Shown here one piece after another: positions 1 through 11,100 of a stretch of DNA of 64,000 nucleotides; position 1 is the first letter of the stretch; each line of letters begins with the position of its first letter. The notes under the pieces were generated by a model. It saw only the letters and a list, made by a program, of their open reading frames with translations. It made no database searches and was not told where the DNA came from. The position numbers and the translations under genes were made by a program. The stretch lies in contig JBFPLN010000006.1 in assembly GCA_051971635.1 (NCBI GenBank), positions 32,001 through 96,000 on the forward strand, written 5' to 3'. Source of the stretch: Candidatus Atelocyanobacterium thalassae (GTDB lineage Bacteria > Cyanobacteriota > Cyanobacteriia > Cyanobacteriales > Microcystaceae).

Positions 1-52
1 GTGAGGAATGCTCGATATAGTTAACAATGTCAATATTTGGTTCAGATTTCAT
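1..52 (-). CDS. 5' end of a gene running off the window (MKSEPNIDIVNYIEHSS...), possibly deoxyribose-phosphate aldolase
   Basis: ATG at 52 on minus strand, open to the window edge; IDIxxYIxH resembles cyanobacterial DeoC N-termini, but only 17 codons are visible. Confidence 0.35.
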   Translation of the reverse strand, partial: MKSEPNIDIVNYIEHSS

Positions 53-414
53 ATCTTTATTTCTGTAACAATTTACTAGTTTAATTATTTAGATTATGAG
101 TTAAAAAAGTATTTGCTTAATAAGACGCAAAAATGAAACTTATTACCAAATTAGTTTTTTAGAAAATTTTTATTTACACTAAATTAAATACAATATCTTA
201 TACTTCAAAATACTAGAAAACTATAGCTAAATATAATTTTCATTAGCGCTTTTACTGATTAGTACTGTTTTTAGATTTTCTGCAGGGATTTCTTAAATTT
301 TAATAGGTATACTAGAGGTAACACCAAATACGTTGAATTATCTAATCTAGATTAGATACAATCATCATTTTTATGAATTCTAAGATTAATGAAAACTATT
401 TGTTGCAAATGCTT

Positions 415-597
415 TTATAGAGTATTTAAATACTGAAAATAAGAAAAGTTAAGTTGGTTGCTATTAAATATTAGGCTTATTGGAGCTGGTATCAACATAT
501 CAGATGTTATAAACGAGCGTGCAATCATTATAACTAAGGAAATAACGAAAATGAGAAGAATTAAGAAAGGAGCTATATATTCTCGAAAAAATTGCAT
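415..597 (-). CDS. small single-pass membrane protein, conserved cyanobacterial hypothetical
   Basis: 60 aa; FFREYIAP-hydrophobic helix-SDMLIPAP pattern resembles small cyanobacterial membrane proteins. Confidence 0.6.
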   Translation of the reverse strand: MQFFREYIAPFLILLIFVISLVIMIARSFITSDMLIPAPISLIFNSNQLNFSYFQYLNTL

Positions 598-767
598 AAA
601 AAATTTGAATCTTATTATATTACCAAATTATATCAGATATTTTTTCAACCAATTAAAAAAATATCTGACAACTAGTATTGACTAGTAATAAATGTGATAA
701 AAATCGTGAGAAATACTATTCTAAGAAATTATTTCTATGCTTGTATTGAAATAAGTACTTATAGCAA

Positions 768-2081
768 TCAATTAGTGGTATAACTTGAATCTTTTATGGG
801 TAACCATACTACGAACTGTGTTCCTTTATTGTTTTGAAAATCAACTGGGCTTAATAGTTCAATAACTCCATTCATTCTGTCAACTAATTCTTTAACAATT
901 GACAATCCCAAACCATTACCCATAATATTTTCCTGCGTTTCTGCTCCCCTATAATGTCGCTTAAAAATATATGGTTGGTCTTTAGCAGGAATTCCTAAGC
1001 CTGTATCTTGTATACAAATTCCTTGATATTGTTTATTGTCGATAAATTTAAACAAGTCTAATTTAATATCCACTTTTCCAAATGCAGGAGTATATTTAAT
1101 ACTATTATCAATTAAATTACTAATTACTTCTCTTAATCCAAAGATATTAGCTAAAACTGGCTGTAAATACTTAGAAGTCTCTATCTGTATGATTATGTTT
1201 TTATTTTGCGCAATAGGTCTCATAGAAATCAAGATATCTTCTAATATTTCTGATATATAAATTTCATGTAATTCTAAAGATTGTGAAGGTAGTAAAGGAG
1301 ACAATGAATTGTTAGAAGCATTAATAAAGCTAGAGTTTAGAGGAATAGTTTCTAAACCTGCATTTATTGAAATCTGATTAGTTTCAAATTCTTGGATTAA
1401 ATCTTGTAAATGCTCTCCTTCTCTAACTATATTTTTAACTACAGCAAGGCTTTGTTCATCGGATACTAAACGTTTAAGTAATAATTTGCCAAAAATTTTT
1501 AGAGCTGTTAATGGGTTTCTTAGTTGATGGAATAAGTTTTCAAGCCGATCATATTCCTGTTTATGTAATATCTTTTGTTGATGTAACTGTTTCTTAGAAA
1601 ACGCCTGACGTTGATCTAATGAACGTGCTATGGCTAATGTATTCGCTATCTTTTTTATTTGAGTTAATTCATCTTGCTTCCAAGGATAATTAAATCTCCT
1701 TGTAACTAAAACTCCTAGAACAAGTCCTTCGTATACTAAAGGAAATCCTACTTGATAAGGTTCTGATGTAAAAAGGTTACTATTATTTGAAGTGGACAAG
1801 TTTTCAAAAATAGATGATAAAGATCCTTTAAAAATTGGTATGGCAGCAATTTCTTTTTCTTTAATAAAATCAATATGATTAGCAAAAGTTTTTCTAGTTG
1901 TTCCACTGGCTGGATAAACAACTATTGGTATAAGATTTATCTGTTGATTATCTTTTTCTGAAGTCAAATATACAGCACTCCATTCCGCTTGTAGAATTTT
2001 AGCTAAAAGAGTGATTTGTGATTGACACAAAGAAATAAAATCTGAACTCGGATAAGAAATTTTTGCTGTAGCAGAGAACAT
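768..2081 (-). CDS. hik2: GAF-domain sensor histidine kinase, Hik2/CSK type
   Basis: N-terminal FISLCQSQ GAF start; H-box LFHQLRNPLTALKIFGKLL; N box NLIDNSIKY; G boxes DTGLGI and GNGLGL; no TM segments. Confidence 0.85.
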   Translation of the reverse strand: MFSATAKISYPSSDFISLCQSQITLLAKILQAEWSAVYLTSEKDNQQINLIPIVVYPASGTTRKTFANHIDFIKEKEIAAIPIFKGSLSSIFENLSTSNNSNLFTSEPYQVGFPLVYEGLVLGVLVTRRFNYPWKQDELTQIKKIANTLAIARSLDQRQAFSKKQLHQQKILHKQEYDRLENLFHQLRNPLTALKIFGKLLLKRLVSDEQSLAVVKNIVREGEHLQDLIQEFETNQISINAGLETIPLNSSFINASNNSLSPLLPSQSLELHEIYISEILEDILISMRPIAQNKNIIIQIETSKYLQPVLANIFGLREVISNLIDNSIKYTPAFGKVDIKLDLFKFIDNKQYQGICIQDTGLGIPAKDQPYIFKRHYRGAETQENIMGNGLGLSIVKELVDRMNGVIELLSPVDFQNNKGTQFVVWLPIKDSSYTTN

Positions 2082-2304
2082 ATTTTATTAAGTTTTATCA
2101 AGAAGTAAAAATTTGTAGCCTAAAAATTAAATGAATTTGTTTTTAATTAAAAAAACATTGTTATAGTAATAATCATAATTTGAATTGCAAGAATTTACAA
2201 TTTAAGTAATAAATGCTTGATCTTTTAAAATTAAACAGATATAATTGCTTCGGATTTTGTAGCTATGACTACAGTCTATGTAGTCAAAATAGGAGGTAAA
2301 AGGG

Positions 2305-2625
2305 TTGGCAAGAAAGCGCAAACGTAAAAGTCGCCGTCGCCAAGAGGGTCGAAAAATTCTTGAACTTGTACCCCAATATAATATTGAAAGTGGTGAAGAC
2401 AAGCCAGTAACTGCTGCTAGAAAATACATTCATGGAATAGGGATACAAGCGCCTGCTTTACTAGTTGTTAGGCGTAATGAACATACCACTGATAGGTACT
2501 TTTGGGCGGAAAAAGGTTTATTTGGTGCTCAGTATGTTGAGGAAAATCATTTTTTATTTCCTAGTTTAAAAGAATTTCAGCCACAAATTCAGAAAATGTC
2601 CATGAAAGCTCCAATGGTAGGCTAA
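2305..2625 (+). CDS. DUF3155-family cyanobacterial protein
   Basis: MARKRKRKSRRRQEGRKILE start, RRNEHTTDRYFWAEKGLFGAQY motif; AGGAGG RBS upstream of TTG. Confidence 0.85.
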   Translation: MARKRKRKSRRRQEGRKILELVPQYNIESGEDKPVTAARKYIHGIGIQAPALLVVRRNEHTTDRYFWAEKGLFGAQYVEENHFLFPSLKEFQPQIQKMSMKAPMVG

Positions 2626-2708
2626 ATACTTATTTAATTTAGTATGAACAACCGTCGCGAAACTTTTTTTTTAACGTACAGAAAAATTTTATTTGTTGAT
2701 TTCCTCTT

Positions 2709-3236
2709 CTAATTACTTAGCTGTAAAGGAAAGGTTTTTTTAAATTTAGCTATTTCATCTCGATGACCAGTTAGGGTAAAACAATTAGATTTTTCTAGTA
2801 TTTTTTCTGCATGAGACTCGAAGTGTATGAATATTTTTTCAAGCTTACATGCTTTTTTCCAATAAAGTAAGCCTGTTATGGGAGATAAAATTACTAAACT
2901 TAGAAATCCAGGAGTTAAAGGCTGATAAAGAAACGATAAGATTAACCCAAAGCATAATAAACCAATCGATGATAAGATGCTTAAAAAGATTGCCAAGAAC
3001 CAACTAGGGCGAACTGTTCCTTCAAAAATAATTTCATCCTCTTTATTAGAAATAATTTGATAGGACCGATTTTCGAAATAAGATTTAATTTGCTCTATTA
3101 ATGATATTTTAGAACTCTGCGAAATAAATCTTTCTTTCTCTGTCCGGTCTTTTACCGAGGCACGAATAAAGAAGAACAATCCCACAGTTAGCAGAAGCGT
3201 TAGAAAAAAAGTTGAAATTAAAGTAAGGTTGCTCAC
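2709..3236 (-). CDS. ccb1: cofactor assembly of complex C subunit B (CCB1-like, cytochrome b6 heme ci attachment)
   Basis: TFFLTLLLTVGLFFFIRASVKDR, FEGTVRPS, YWKKA and GHRDEI motifs. Confidence 0.8.
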   Translation of the reverse strand: MSNLTLISTFFLTLLLTVGLFFFIRASVKDRTEKERFISQSSKISLIEQIKSYFENRSYQIISNKEDEIIFEGTVRPSWFLAIFLSILSSIGLLCFGLILSFLYQPLTPGFLSLVILSPITGLLYWKKACKLEKIFIHFESHAEKILEKSNCFTLTGHRDEIAKFKKTFPLQLSN

Positions 3237-3760
3237 AAGAATTAAGATGATAGTAACTAAATACTAAACTAGAATAGTTATGTTTTGACTGATTGTAACT
3301 TATAAATATATAAACAAATAGTTTTTAGCTTTGCTTATTTAAATAGCTATCCAAGATAGAGATAAATTGTCTAAGTAATTAAGTAAAGTTATTTAAGGTC
3401 TTAAAACAAAAATTTGTTTATTTAAGAGTATTTTCTCTCATTATAACTTTCAAAAAATATAATAAACGCCCTCTTAAAGTATAGATTTTTTGAATTATCT
3501 AAATTTTTCCAAAAATACTTACGACCGTATTGCAATGAAATTTAATCATAGGTATGCTTTCAGATTTTATCTGGAAAAAGTTGTTTGTGGTTTTTGTTAC
3601 TTAATATTAAGGGAAAAAGTGATGACCATAAGTAGAAATTCATGAGTTGTTTTAACTACTAATATATATATATCTTTAAAAAGATATCTCCAAACTTATT
3701 GAAAATCAAAATATTTCTTAAAGTCCGAGAATTTTTTGTTATTAACATGTTCATGTTGAT

Positions 3761-4003
3761 TTATTCCTCATTTATTCCAATTTGGATAGAATTAAATATG
3801 GAGTTATTAAGTTTGAGTAATATAATTAAGCTTAATACATGGATAAGCCAGTGTGAAATCACTAGGCTCCAAGTAATAGAAACTAAGGCACTTGCAAATG
3901 CGAGGACTCCAAAAATATCATTGTTAGTACGTTGGTACCGTAAGATGCTTCCTATTGAAATTATAAAAAACAGAAGTGGAAAAACATAAAATATCATAGA
4001 CAA
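3761..4003 (-). CDS. small hydrophobic membrane protein, hypothetical
   Basis: 80 aa with 2-3 hydrophobic segments; GGAAGG RBS-like sequence upstream. Confidence 0.55.
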   Translation of the reverse strand: MSMIFYVFPLLFFIISIGSILRYQRTNNDIFGVLAFASALVSITWSLVISHWLIHVLSLIILLKLNNSIFNSIQIGINEE

Positions 4004-4598
4004 TTACCTTCCAATCTCTTAAATAGTTCAACATCTATAAGAAATAGTTTTTTCTAGTTTAGATGTTAGAGCATACTTTACTTATGCTTTAACAATAGCA
4101 TTATCTTGCATGAGATTCTAGTAATATAAACTATTTAATTGAGATGTCGTAAAAAATCTTCGTATAAACTTAGATCTAAACAGGTTATATTAATTTACGA
4201 TAACTTTTGAAATATAATTCAATCAAGAAACTGTTTAATTTATATTTCTTTATAGACAAATAGTTATTAAGATTGCTTGATAAAATAGTTTTTATTATTT
4301 GGTTATATCAAAAAAAGTAAAATTTACTACCAATTTTTAAAATTATTGATACTTACAAAAATTATTAAAACAATCATTTGGTTTCTATTAAAGAGGAACT
4401 AACAATGGAAATTATTAGTCTAGTCAAAAGCGTCTATATATTCATTTTTTAAAATTAATTTCACTAGGTCAAGACTACAAAAATTTCAGAAAAATCTGAT
4501 ATAGTGCGCAAGTTATCTTAGGATTCTTTAATAAAAGCTATTGAGTATTTTATCAAGTAATTGAAATACATAAATTTATAAAACATGAGGATATTTTT

Positions 4599-5351
4599 AT
4601 GAAATCATTAGTTCGCTGGGGAACAACTATGAGTTTGATAGCAAGCACTTTATTAACATCTTGGCTAGGGAAAGTGCCCAAAGTATTAGCTTTACCTGAA
4701 GCTGATATCATTAAACTATTACAAGCAGTTCCTGTTTTTACTATTACTACAGAAGAAGGAGGACCTCTTGTTGCAACTGTGGAAAATAATCAAAAAGTAA
4801 CACAAGTTTTTATGAGTTTACAAGATGCTGATGGCTTTTTAGATAAGCTTCGTCAACATCAGCCAGACGTGGGAAATAAAGTAAAAGTACAACCTGTTTC
4901 CTTAGGAGAAATATATCGTTTTGCCTTAGCTAATAACAATGATACAAAGAAAGAATCTCTTCAATTCATTTATGTTCCTATGAAAAGTGCAGTAAATTCT
5001 GCGAAAAAACTTTTAGATACTAGAGGCCAAGAATATAAAGGTGGAGTTCCTCTATTTATTCTGAGAGGTGGTCCTGAAAATAGTATGTTAACTATTCAAC
5101 AAAACGAACAAGAAGTCATTCCTCTTTTCTTTGAAGAAGCTCCTATCCAAGCTATTACGGAAAAAATGAAAATAGATCAGCCTAACATTGCTCAAACAAT
5201 AAAAATTGAAGTAGTCCCCTTAGAGAATGTAATTGGATTATTACAATCTAAAGATGATGAGGCATTAAAACAAATACAATTAGTTCCATCTCAAGAAACT
5301 ATTCAGTTTATTCAGAATAAAATTAAATTACAACAAGCTCAGGAAAGCTAA
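4599..5351 (+). CDS. tic22: Tic22-family periplasmic chaperone
   Basis: Signal peptide ending VLA-LP; duplicated VPVFTIT / GVPLF motifs typical of Tic22; GAGG RBS. Confidence 0.9.
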   Translation: MKSLVRWGTTMSLIASTLLTSWLGKVPKVLALPEADIIKLLQAVPVFTITTEEGGPLVATVENNQKVTQVFMSLQDADGFLDKLRQHQPDVGNKVKVQPVSLGEIYRFALANNNDTKKESLQFIYVPMKSAVNSAKKLLDTRGQEYKGGVPLFILRGGPENSMLTIQQNEQEVIPLFFEEAPIQAITEKMKIDQPNIAQTIKIEVVPLENVIGLLQSKDDEALKQIQLVPSQETIQFIQNKIKLQQAQES

Positions 5352-5372
5352 GATATCTAGTTACTGACTGTC

Positions 5373-5412
5373 GACATTCGAGATCTTTTAAAATTTAGAA
5401 ATCTTGAATGTC
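5373..5412 (+). terminator. stem-loop downstream of tic22
   Basis: gacattcgagat ... atcttgaatgtc, 12-bp stem with one G-U pair on the + strand. Confidence 0.6.
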
Positions 5413-5901
5413 AATATACAATAGATTATATTTGTTATTTAGTTATTTATACGAATATGGAGCAAATAGTAGTTTGCTAACATACGCGCAACATAATACA
5501 TAGAGCTAAAAAGAGTAAAAAATCATAATGTTAGAAGCTAGATTTTCTAGTATGAGGATGTTTCTGATGTTTTTAAAGAATTAAATAAACTTGACTGAAT
5601 TTCAAATAGAATTGAAATAAAAGTATTTTCATGTAAAAATTACCATAATTACTAATATGTTTTCTCTGTCTTAAAATTTAGAAAATATAAATACTTAAAG
5701 CTAACTTTGACTGATACTGAAAAAGTAATGGTTAATTATTAACTTAGTTTCTAAGAATATGAAAAAAGACTTAAAATATTTAAGAACTTTCTATTAATTT
5801 CTTTAGACTAAAGAGATAAAAAGTAATATTAATAACTAATTAGCTATTTATACTTATAGTCACTGATTAAATTTACAATATTTATATTCTAAAAAATAAT
5901 T

Positions 5902-7971
5902 ATGGGAAAATTTGGAACGAAAGAATTAATAAATAGACAGTTACTGTACCTGAAGAAAAATAATAAACTGAAGCTTTTAGGACATATTCTTACCTCACTA
6001 TCCTTAAGTGCAATCTCTTTAAACACTATTCTTCCAGTATATGCACGTATATCTGAAGAATTAATTAGCTGTGACATATTGGTTGTAGGCGCTGGATTGT
6101 CAGGATCTGCTGCTGCTTATGAAGGTTTACTGGCTGGAAAGACTGTTTGTTTAACTGAATTGACTGATTGGGTAGGAGGACAAATCTCTTCACAAGGTAA
6201 TTCAGCTTTTGATGAAGGAAAACAACAGAGATCATTGCAACACTTTCCTCGAGGATATAATATTTTGCGAAATAATATTGCTCGTTTCTATAATCGACAA
6301 AACCCTGGAGAATGTTGGGTTAGCGAGAGCTGCTTTCTACCATCTCATGGTCATCAGTTACTATATAAACAATTACAGAAAGCTCAAAAAGTTGGTAATG
6401 GAACTTTGAAGTGGTTTCCTTCAACTGTTATTAAGGAAATAAAACTGAGTGAAGATAACAAATTAATAAAAAGCGCTGTTGCTATTCAACATAGTCCTAC
6501 TAATCCTAGTATTCACCTTTATGAAAAGCCTCTTTCTCAAATTATCCAAGATGCTTATAGTTATAAAGATTCCAAACGTTTAAAAAAAAGAATTATTCGC
6601 TTTCAAGCAAAATCTCAAGAAGAAAACTCTGCCAATTGGTTTGTAATAGAAGCAACTGAAACAGGAGAGTTAATTGCTTTAGCGGACATTCCATATCATC
6701 TAGGATTAGATCCTCTAGATCATCATAACCCATCATCTCCAACAAAAAATGGAGATCCTTATTGTGTACAAGGTTTTACTTATCCTTTTGCAATGGAAAG
6801 AATGGCTAGTCCTCAGGCTCAGAATAAACCATTGTTCTATGATAAATACAAACCCTATTATGGATATGATAATGACCGTAGATTAGCCCATTTTGACTTA
6901 GTGTTTACCTATCGAAGAATTTGGAGTCCTCGTAAAGGAAGATTAGTAAAAACTGGACCTCTTAAAGTTAATGAGTCTAGCCCTGGAGATATCTCTATGC
7001 AAAATTGGCTCTGGGGGAATGATTATCGTCCAGGAACATCCCAAGATAACCTTGTATACACTCGTGAACAGTTAAAAGAAAATGGGCAATTAGAAAAGGG
7101 TAAATGGGAGGGAGGCTTACGTACAGAAACTTTAAGAAAAGGAGAAGAATTATCTTTAGGATTTTATTACTGGCTAGTAGCAGGAAATACTGATTCTCGT
7201 TTAGGTAATAATGTTAAAAAACCATCTCCTAATCATCAGCTATTGAGTGGTCATAGCTCTCCTATGGGAACTATGCACGGACTATCTAAATATCCTTATA
7301 TTAGAGAAGGAAGACGCATTATCGGAAGACCATCTTATGATCATCCAAACGGATTTTCTGTAAATGAAATCGATATTTCGACTAAAGATTATTGGAATAA
7401 TTTTTATCGTACTTCTTTACCTCGACCAATGTACCAAAGAGTATGGTCAACTATTGCTAATTTAGAATCAAGAATAATGACACTGAGTAACCGTCCTTCG
7501 TATTTAGTTACTAGGCGCACCCATGCAACAATATATCCAGATTCTGTTGGTGTTACTCAATATATGATTGATTTTCATCCATGTATGGCTTTATCTCCTC
7601 CAGAAAAGCCTGGAAACCTTGAAAGAAGGGAGGTTCGTGTAGCTCATGGCTCAGCACATCCAGCACAAATTCCTTTAAGATCCATGATTCCTCAAAAAAT
7701 AGATAACTTAATTGTTTCTGGGAAAAATATAGCTACTAGTCATATTGCAGCAGCAGCTTATAGGGTACATGGATTTGAGTGGTCAGTAGGAGCAGCAGCT
7801 GGTACATTAGCTAGTTTTTCCTTAGAAAAGGGTATCCTACCTTATGAGTTGATAGATAATTTACCCAAACAAGAATCTGAATTACAGGAATTTCGTCAAA
7901 GATTAGAAAACAATGGTAATCCTACTACTTTTCCTCAAGCTATGATGTTTAGTTATTTGCAAAGCAATTAA
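5902..7971 (+). CDS. FAD-dependent oxidoreductase, probably exported
   Basis: Rossmann motif DILVVGAGLSGSAAA; DWVGGQISSQG, IEATETGEL, PYIREGRRI and QIPLRSMIP; N-terminal basic-plus-hydrophobic leader. Confidence 0.85.
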   Translation: MGKFGTKELINRQLLYLKKNNKLKLLGHILTSLSLSAISLNTILPVYARISEELISCDILVVGAGLSGSAAAYEGLLAGKTVCLTELTDWVGGQISSQGNSAFDEGKQQRSLQHFPRGYNILRNNIARFYNRQNPGECWVSESCFLPSHGHQLLYKQLQKAQKVGNGTLKWFPSTVIKEIKLSEDNKLIKSAVAIQHSPTNPSIHLYEKPLSQIIQDAYSYKDSKRLKKRIIRFQAKSQEENSANWFVIEATETGELIALADIPYHLGLDPLDHHNPSSPTKNGDPYCVQGFTYPFAMERMASPQAQNKPLFYDKYKPYYGYDNDRRLAHFDLVFTYRRIWSPRKGRLVKTGPLKVNESSPGDISMQNWLWGNDYRPGTSQDNLVYTREQLKENGQLEKGKWEGGLRTETLRKGEELSLGFYYWLVAGNTDSRLGNNVKKPSPNHQLLSGHSSPMGTMHGLSKYPYIREGRRIIGRPSYDHPNGFSVNEIDISTKDYWNNFYRTSLPRPMYQRVWSTIANLESRIMTLSNRPSYLVTRRTHATIYPDSVGVTQYMIDFHPCMALSPPEKPGNLERREVRVAHGSAHPAQIPLRSMIPQKIDNLIVSGKNIATSHIAAAAYRVHGFEWSVGAAAGTLASFSLEKGILPYELIDNLPKQESELQEFRQRLENNGNPTTFPQAMMFSYLQSN

Positions 7972-7999
7972 CCTAGATAGTTCTCGTTAAGATCTTTTA

Positions 8000-8063
8000 A
8001 AAGATAATTTCAGACCTAAACATAAGATTTGGAGTTAATATGTTTAAATCTGAGATTATTTTT
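8000..8063. terminator. imperfect long inverted repeat between convergent oxidoreductase and smc
   Basis: ataatttcagacctaaacata ... tatgtttaaatctgagattat, a few mismatches. Confidence 0.55.
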
Positions 8064-8127
8064 AATATAAATAAATTAAGTATACTTTGCTTCTTATTTA
8101 TTCTAAAAAAGAAGCAAAGCAATATAT

Positions 8128-11100
8128 CTATAGCTTAATTCCTAAAACTTGAGTATGAGCTCCTCTCGCTTGCGTAACACCAATAGTTCTTTGAGATGCT
8201 TCAATCATTGGACGGCGTAAACTTACAACAATAAATTGAGCTTTCTGTGCTTGTTTATGTATCATTTGAGATAATCTTTCAACATTTGCCCCATCTAAAA
8301 ACATATCAACTTCATCAAAAGCATAAAATGGTGATGGACGATATTGTTGTAAAGAAAAAATAAAACTTAATGCTGTTAATGATTTTTCTCCTCCTGACAT
8401 TGAACTTAAACGTTGTACAGGCTTGCCTTTTGGGTGCGCAACAAGGTTTAGACCACCTTTAAATGGATCTTCTTCATCATCTAATTGTAAATGTCCATCA
8501 CCCTGTGATAAGGTGGCAAAAATTTTCTTGAAATTATCATTAACTGTATCAAAAGATTCTTTGAATGAACGTAACCTTAAAGTCGTAAAGTTCTCAATTC
8601 TTAATAGTAATTCTGTTCTTTCCTCTTCAATGATAACTAGTTTATTTGTAAGTTCATTAAGTCTTTCTTGAACTTTTGCATACTCTTCTAGCGCAAGCAT
8701 ATTTACAGGTTCCATTGACTCTAAATATTTTTGTTTTTTATATATTTCTTTCTGTAATTTTTCAGTATGAGACAATAAATCATCCAAGCTTTCATTTAGT
8801 TCAGACAACCAAGATACTTCTGGCAGTGGATCTGGTAGATTTGATTTAACTATTTCTTCCTCTTTTTCAAGAATAGATAATGTTTTTTGTCTTTCCTTTT
8901 GTTTAGTTTGTAATTTCTCTAGTGTCCATATGTTAGACTGATACTCTTTTTCAAGAATTTTACACTTTTCCTCTAAACAGTCACGTTTTGTTTTGGTATC
9001 ATGTAGCGTCCGATTTAATTGTTCTAATGAAACTTCTAAGCTTTCAATCTCAATCGAAAGCTTATGAATTTTGTCTTTAATATCTATTTGTTGATTCTCT
9101 ATATCTAAAATATGTTGCTGATTCAATTTCACTTTTAATTCATCTTCATGAATTTTGTGCTTCATACTAGTTATCTGATTCCTAATTTCCTGAAACTTTT
9201 CTTTGCCTCTGCTTAACTCTACTTCTCGGTCTTGTAAATGATTTTCTTGATCTTTTATTAAAACTTGAATTTCTTGCCATTCGCTATGGGAGTGAGTTTT
9301 TTCTATATTTTTAATTTGTTTTTGTTTCTCTGATAACTCTTCTTCCAGTAAGAAACTTGTGTTCTTGATATCTGTTAGCTCATTTTCTAAATTTTTTTCT
9401 TCTTCTTTATGGTTAGATATTTTAAATTCTAAATCTTTTCTATATTTTTTAAGTTTCTCTATTTCTTTTATAACTTGTTGGTGCTTTAACTGTTGTTCTC
9501 TTTCTAGCTGCTGCGCTTTTATCAATTTGTCAGATAAATATTTAATTTTTTTTGCCCCAATTTGTATGTTTTCCTCGTTTTTAAATACAAGGTTTTCTAT
9601 GTCTATTAGTCTTTGCTTGAATATTTTTATTTCCTCTGGTTCTCCTTGGTTTAAAATTCCAAAACGTATCGAGGATCTTTGAGGTTTACTCCCACCTGTC
9701 ATAGCTCCACTAGCCTCTAACAAATCTCCATCTAAAGTAACAATACGCTGTTTACCTAAACATTTCTTGGCATAGTCTATAGTTTCGAAAACAGCTGTAT
9801 TATTAAAAATATATGAAAAAACTTTTTCATATTCTGGATTACATATTACTAGCTCAACTGCTAATCCAATAAAACCAGGAGTATTCTTTAGGTTATGATT
9901 ACCTTGTTGGGAATAAGATCTAATTTTGGTTAACGGTAAGAAAGTCGCTCTCCCAGCTTTTGCTTTTTTTAATATATTAATTCCAGCAATAGCAATAGTG
10001 TCATTTTCAACTACAACATGCCCTAAACGTGAACCTGCTGCAATTTCTAATGCTAATTGGTAACGTGTATCAACTTGTCCTAATTCGGCTACTAGACCAC
10101 ATACGCCAGATAAATCTGAATTTAAAATAAATTTGGAAGCATAAGTTCCTTGAATTTCTTGCTTTGCTTGCCTAGATGCCTCTAAACGATCTACTTGTCT
10201 TTGTTTTTCTCTATACTCTTTATTTAACCGCAACTGAGTCTCTTCTTTAATGTTGTGATCCCGTTTTTCTATATCTAATATTTTAATAATATTTTGCGTT
10301 TCTTCTGTATCAGAACTTGATAGTTTTTCTAACTCCTTATGTTGGAGATATATTTCTTCTTCGGATTCTTTTAATTGTTCCTCTTCTTTCTCTAAGTTAT
10401 TTAATATCTGCTGATAACGCTCAGTTAGCTTAGCTTTTTGTGCTAATTGAGGATTTAGTTTATTTTGTAAGGAAGCGATTTTTATATTCAGATTTCCTTG
10501 TTCTTTTATCCAAGAATCAGATGTTTCTGCAATTATTGAGGCTTGCTTTCTTACCTTCTGTAGAGTGTTGTAACTTCTTGATTTTTGTTCCTTAAGCAAA
10601 GGCAAAAGATCTTGTTGTAATTTATTGCTGTTTTGGTTAAGTACAGCTAGCTCCCTTTCTCTTTGAAGAATAATTTTTGCTATTTCTTTTTCTTCTAGCC
10701 TGATTGTCTCAATTGTACAAAAAGACTCTTTTTTTTGCTTTTGTAACTGATAAAGCTGTGCTTTATATGTAGCAAGATTAGACGCAATAATTAATCGTTC
10801 ATCTTCTCCCAAAGCTTTAACTTGAAAATTCAAGCTTTTAAGATCAACATTTATTTTACCCAATCTAGTTTTCAAATCTAAGTTAATTTCAGTCAGATTT
10901 TTCTCTGATTCTTCGTCGTTTAACTTTTGTATTTTAAGATTAGAAATTTTCTTTAACAAAGATTTCCACAATAAAATCGCTTCCCATTCTTTTCTTTTAG
11001 AAATTTCTTGTTTAAGTTTTTGATATTTCTCAGCTTTTATTCTGTCAGCTGCTAAACGTTCTAATGATTTTTCTAATTCGACTTGTATAATCTTACAGCG

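Noticed and set aside
318..331. Perfect NtcA-box pattern GTA-acaccaaa-TAC
   Set aside because: No -10 element at the canonical ~22-nt spacing on either strand; at this base composition roughly 20 such matches are expected by chance in 64 kb
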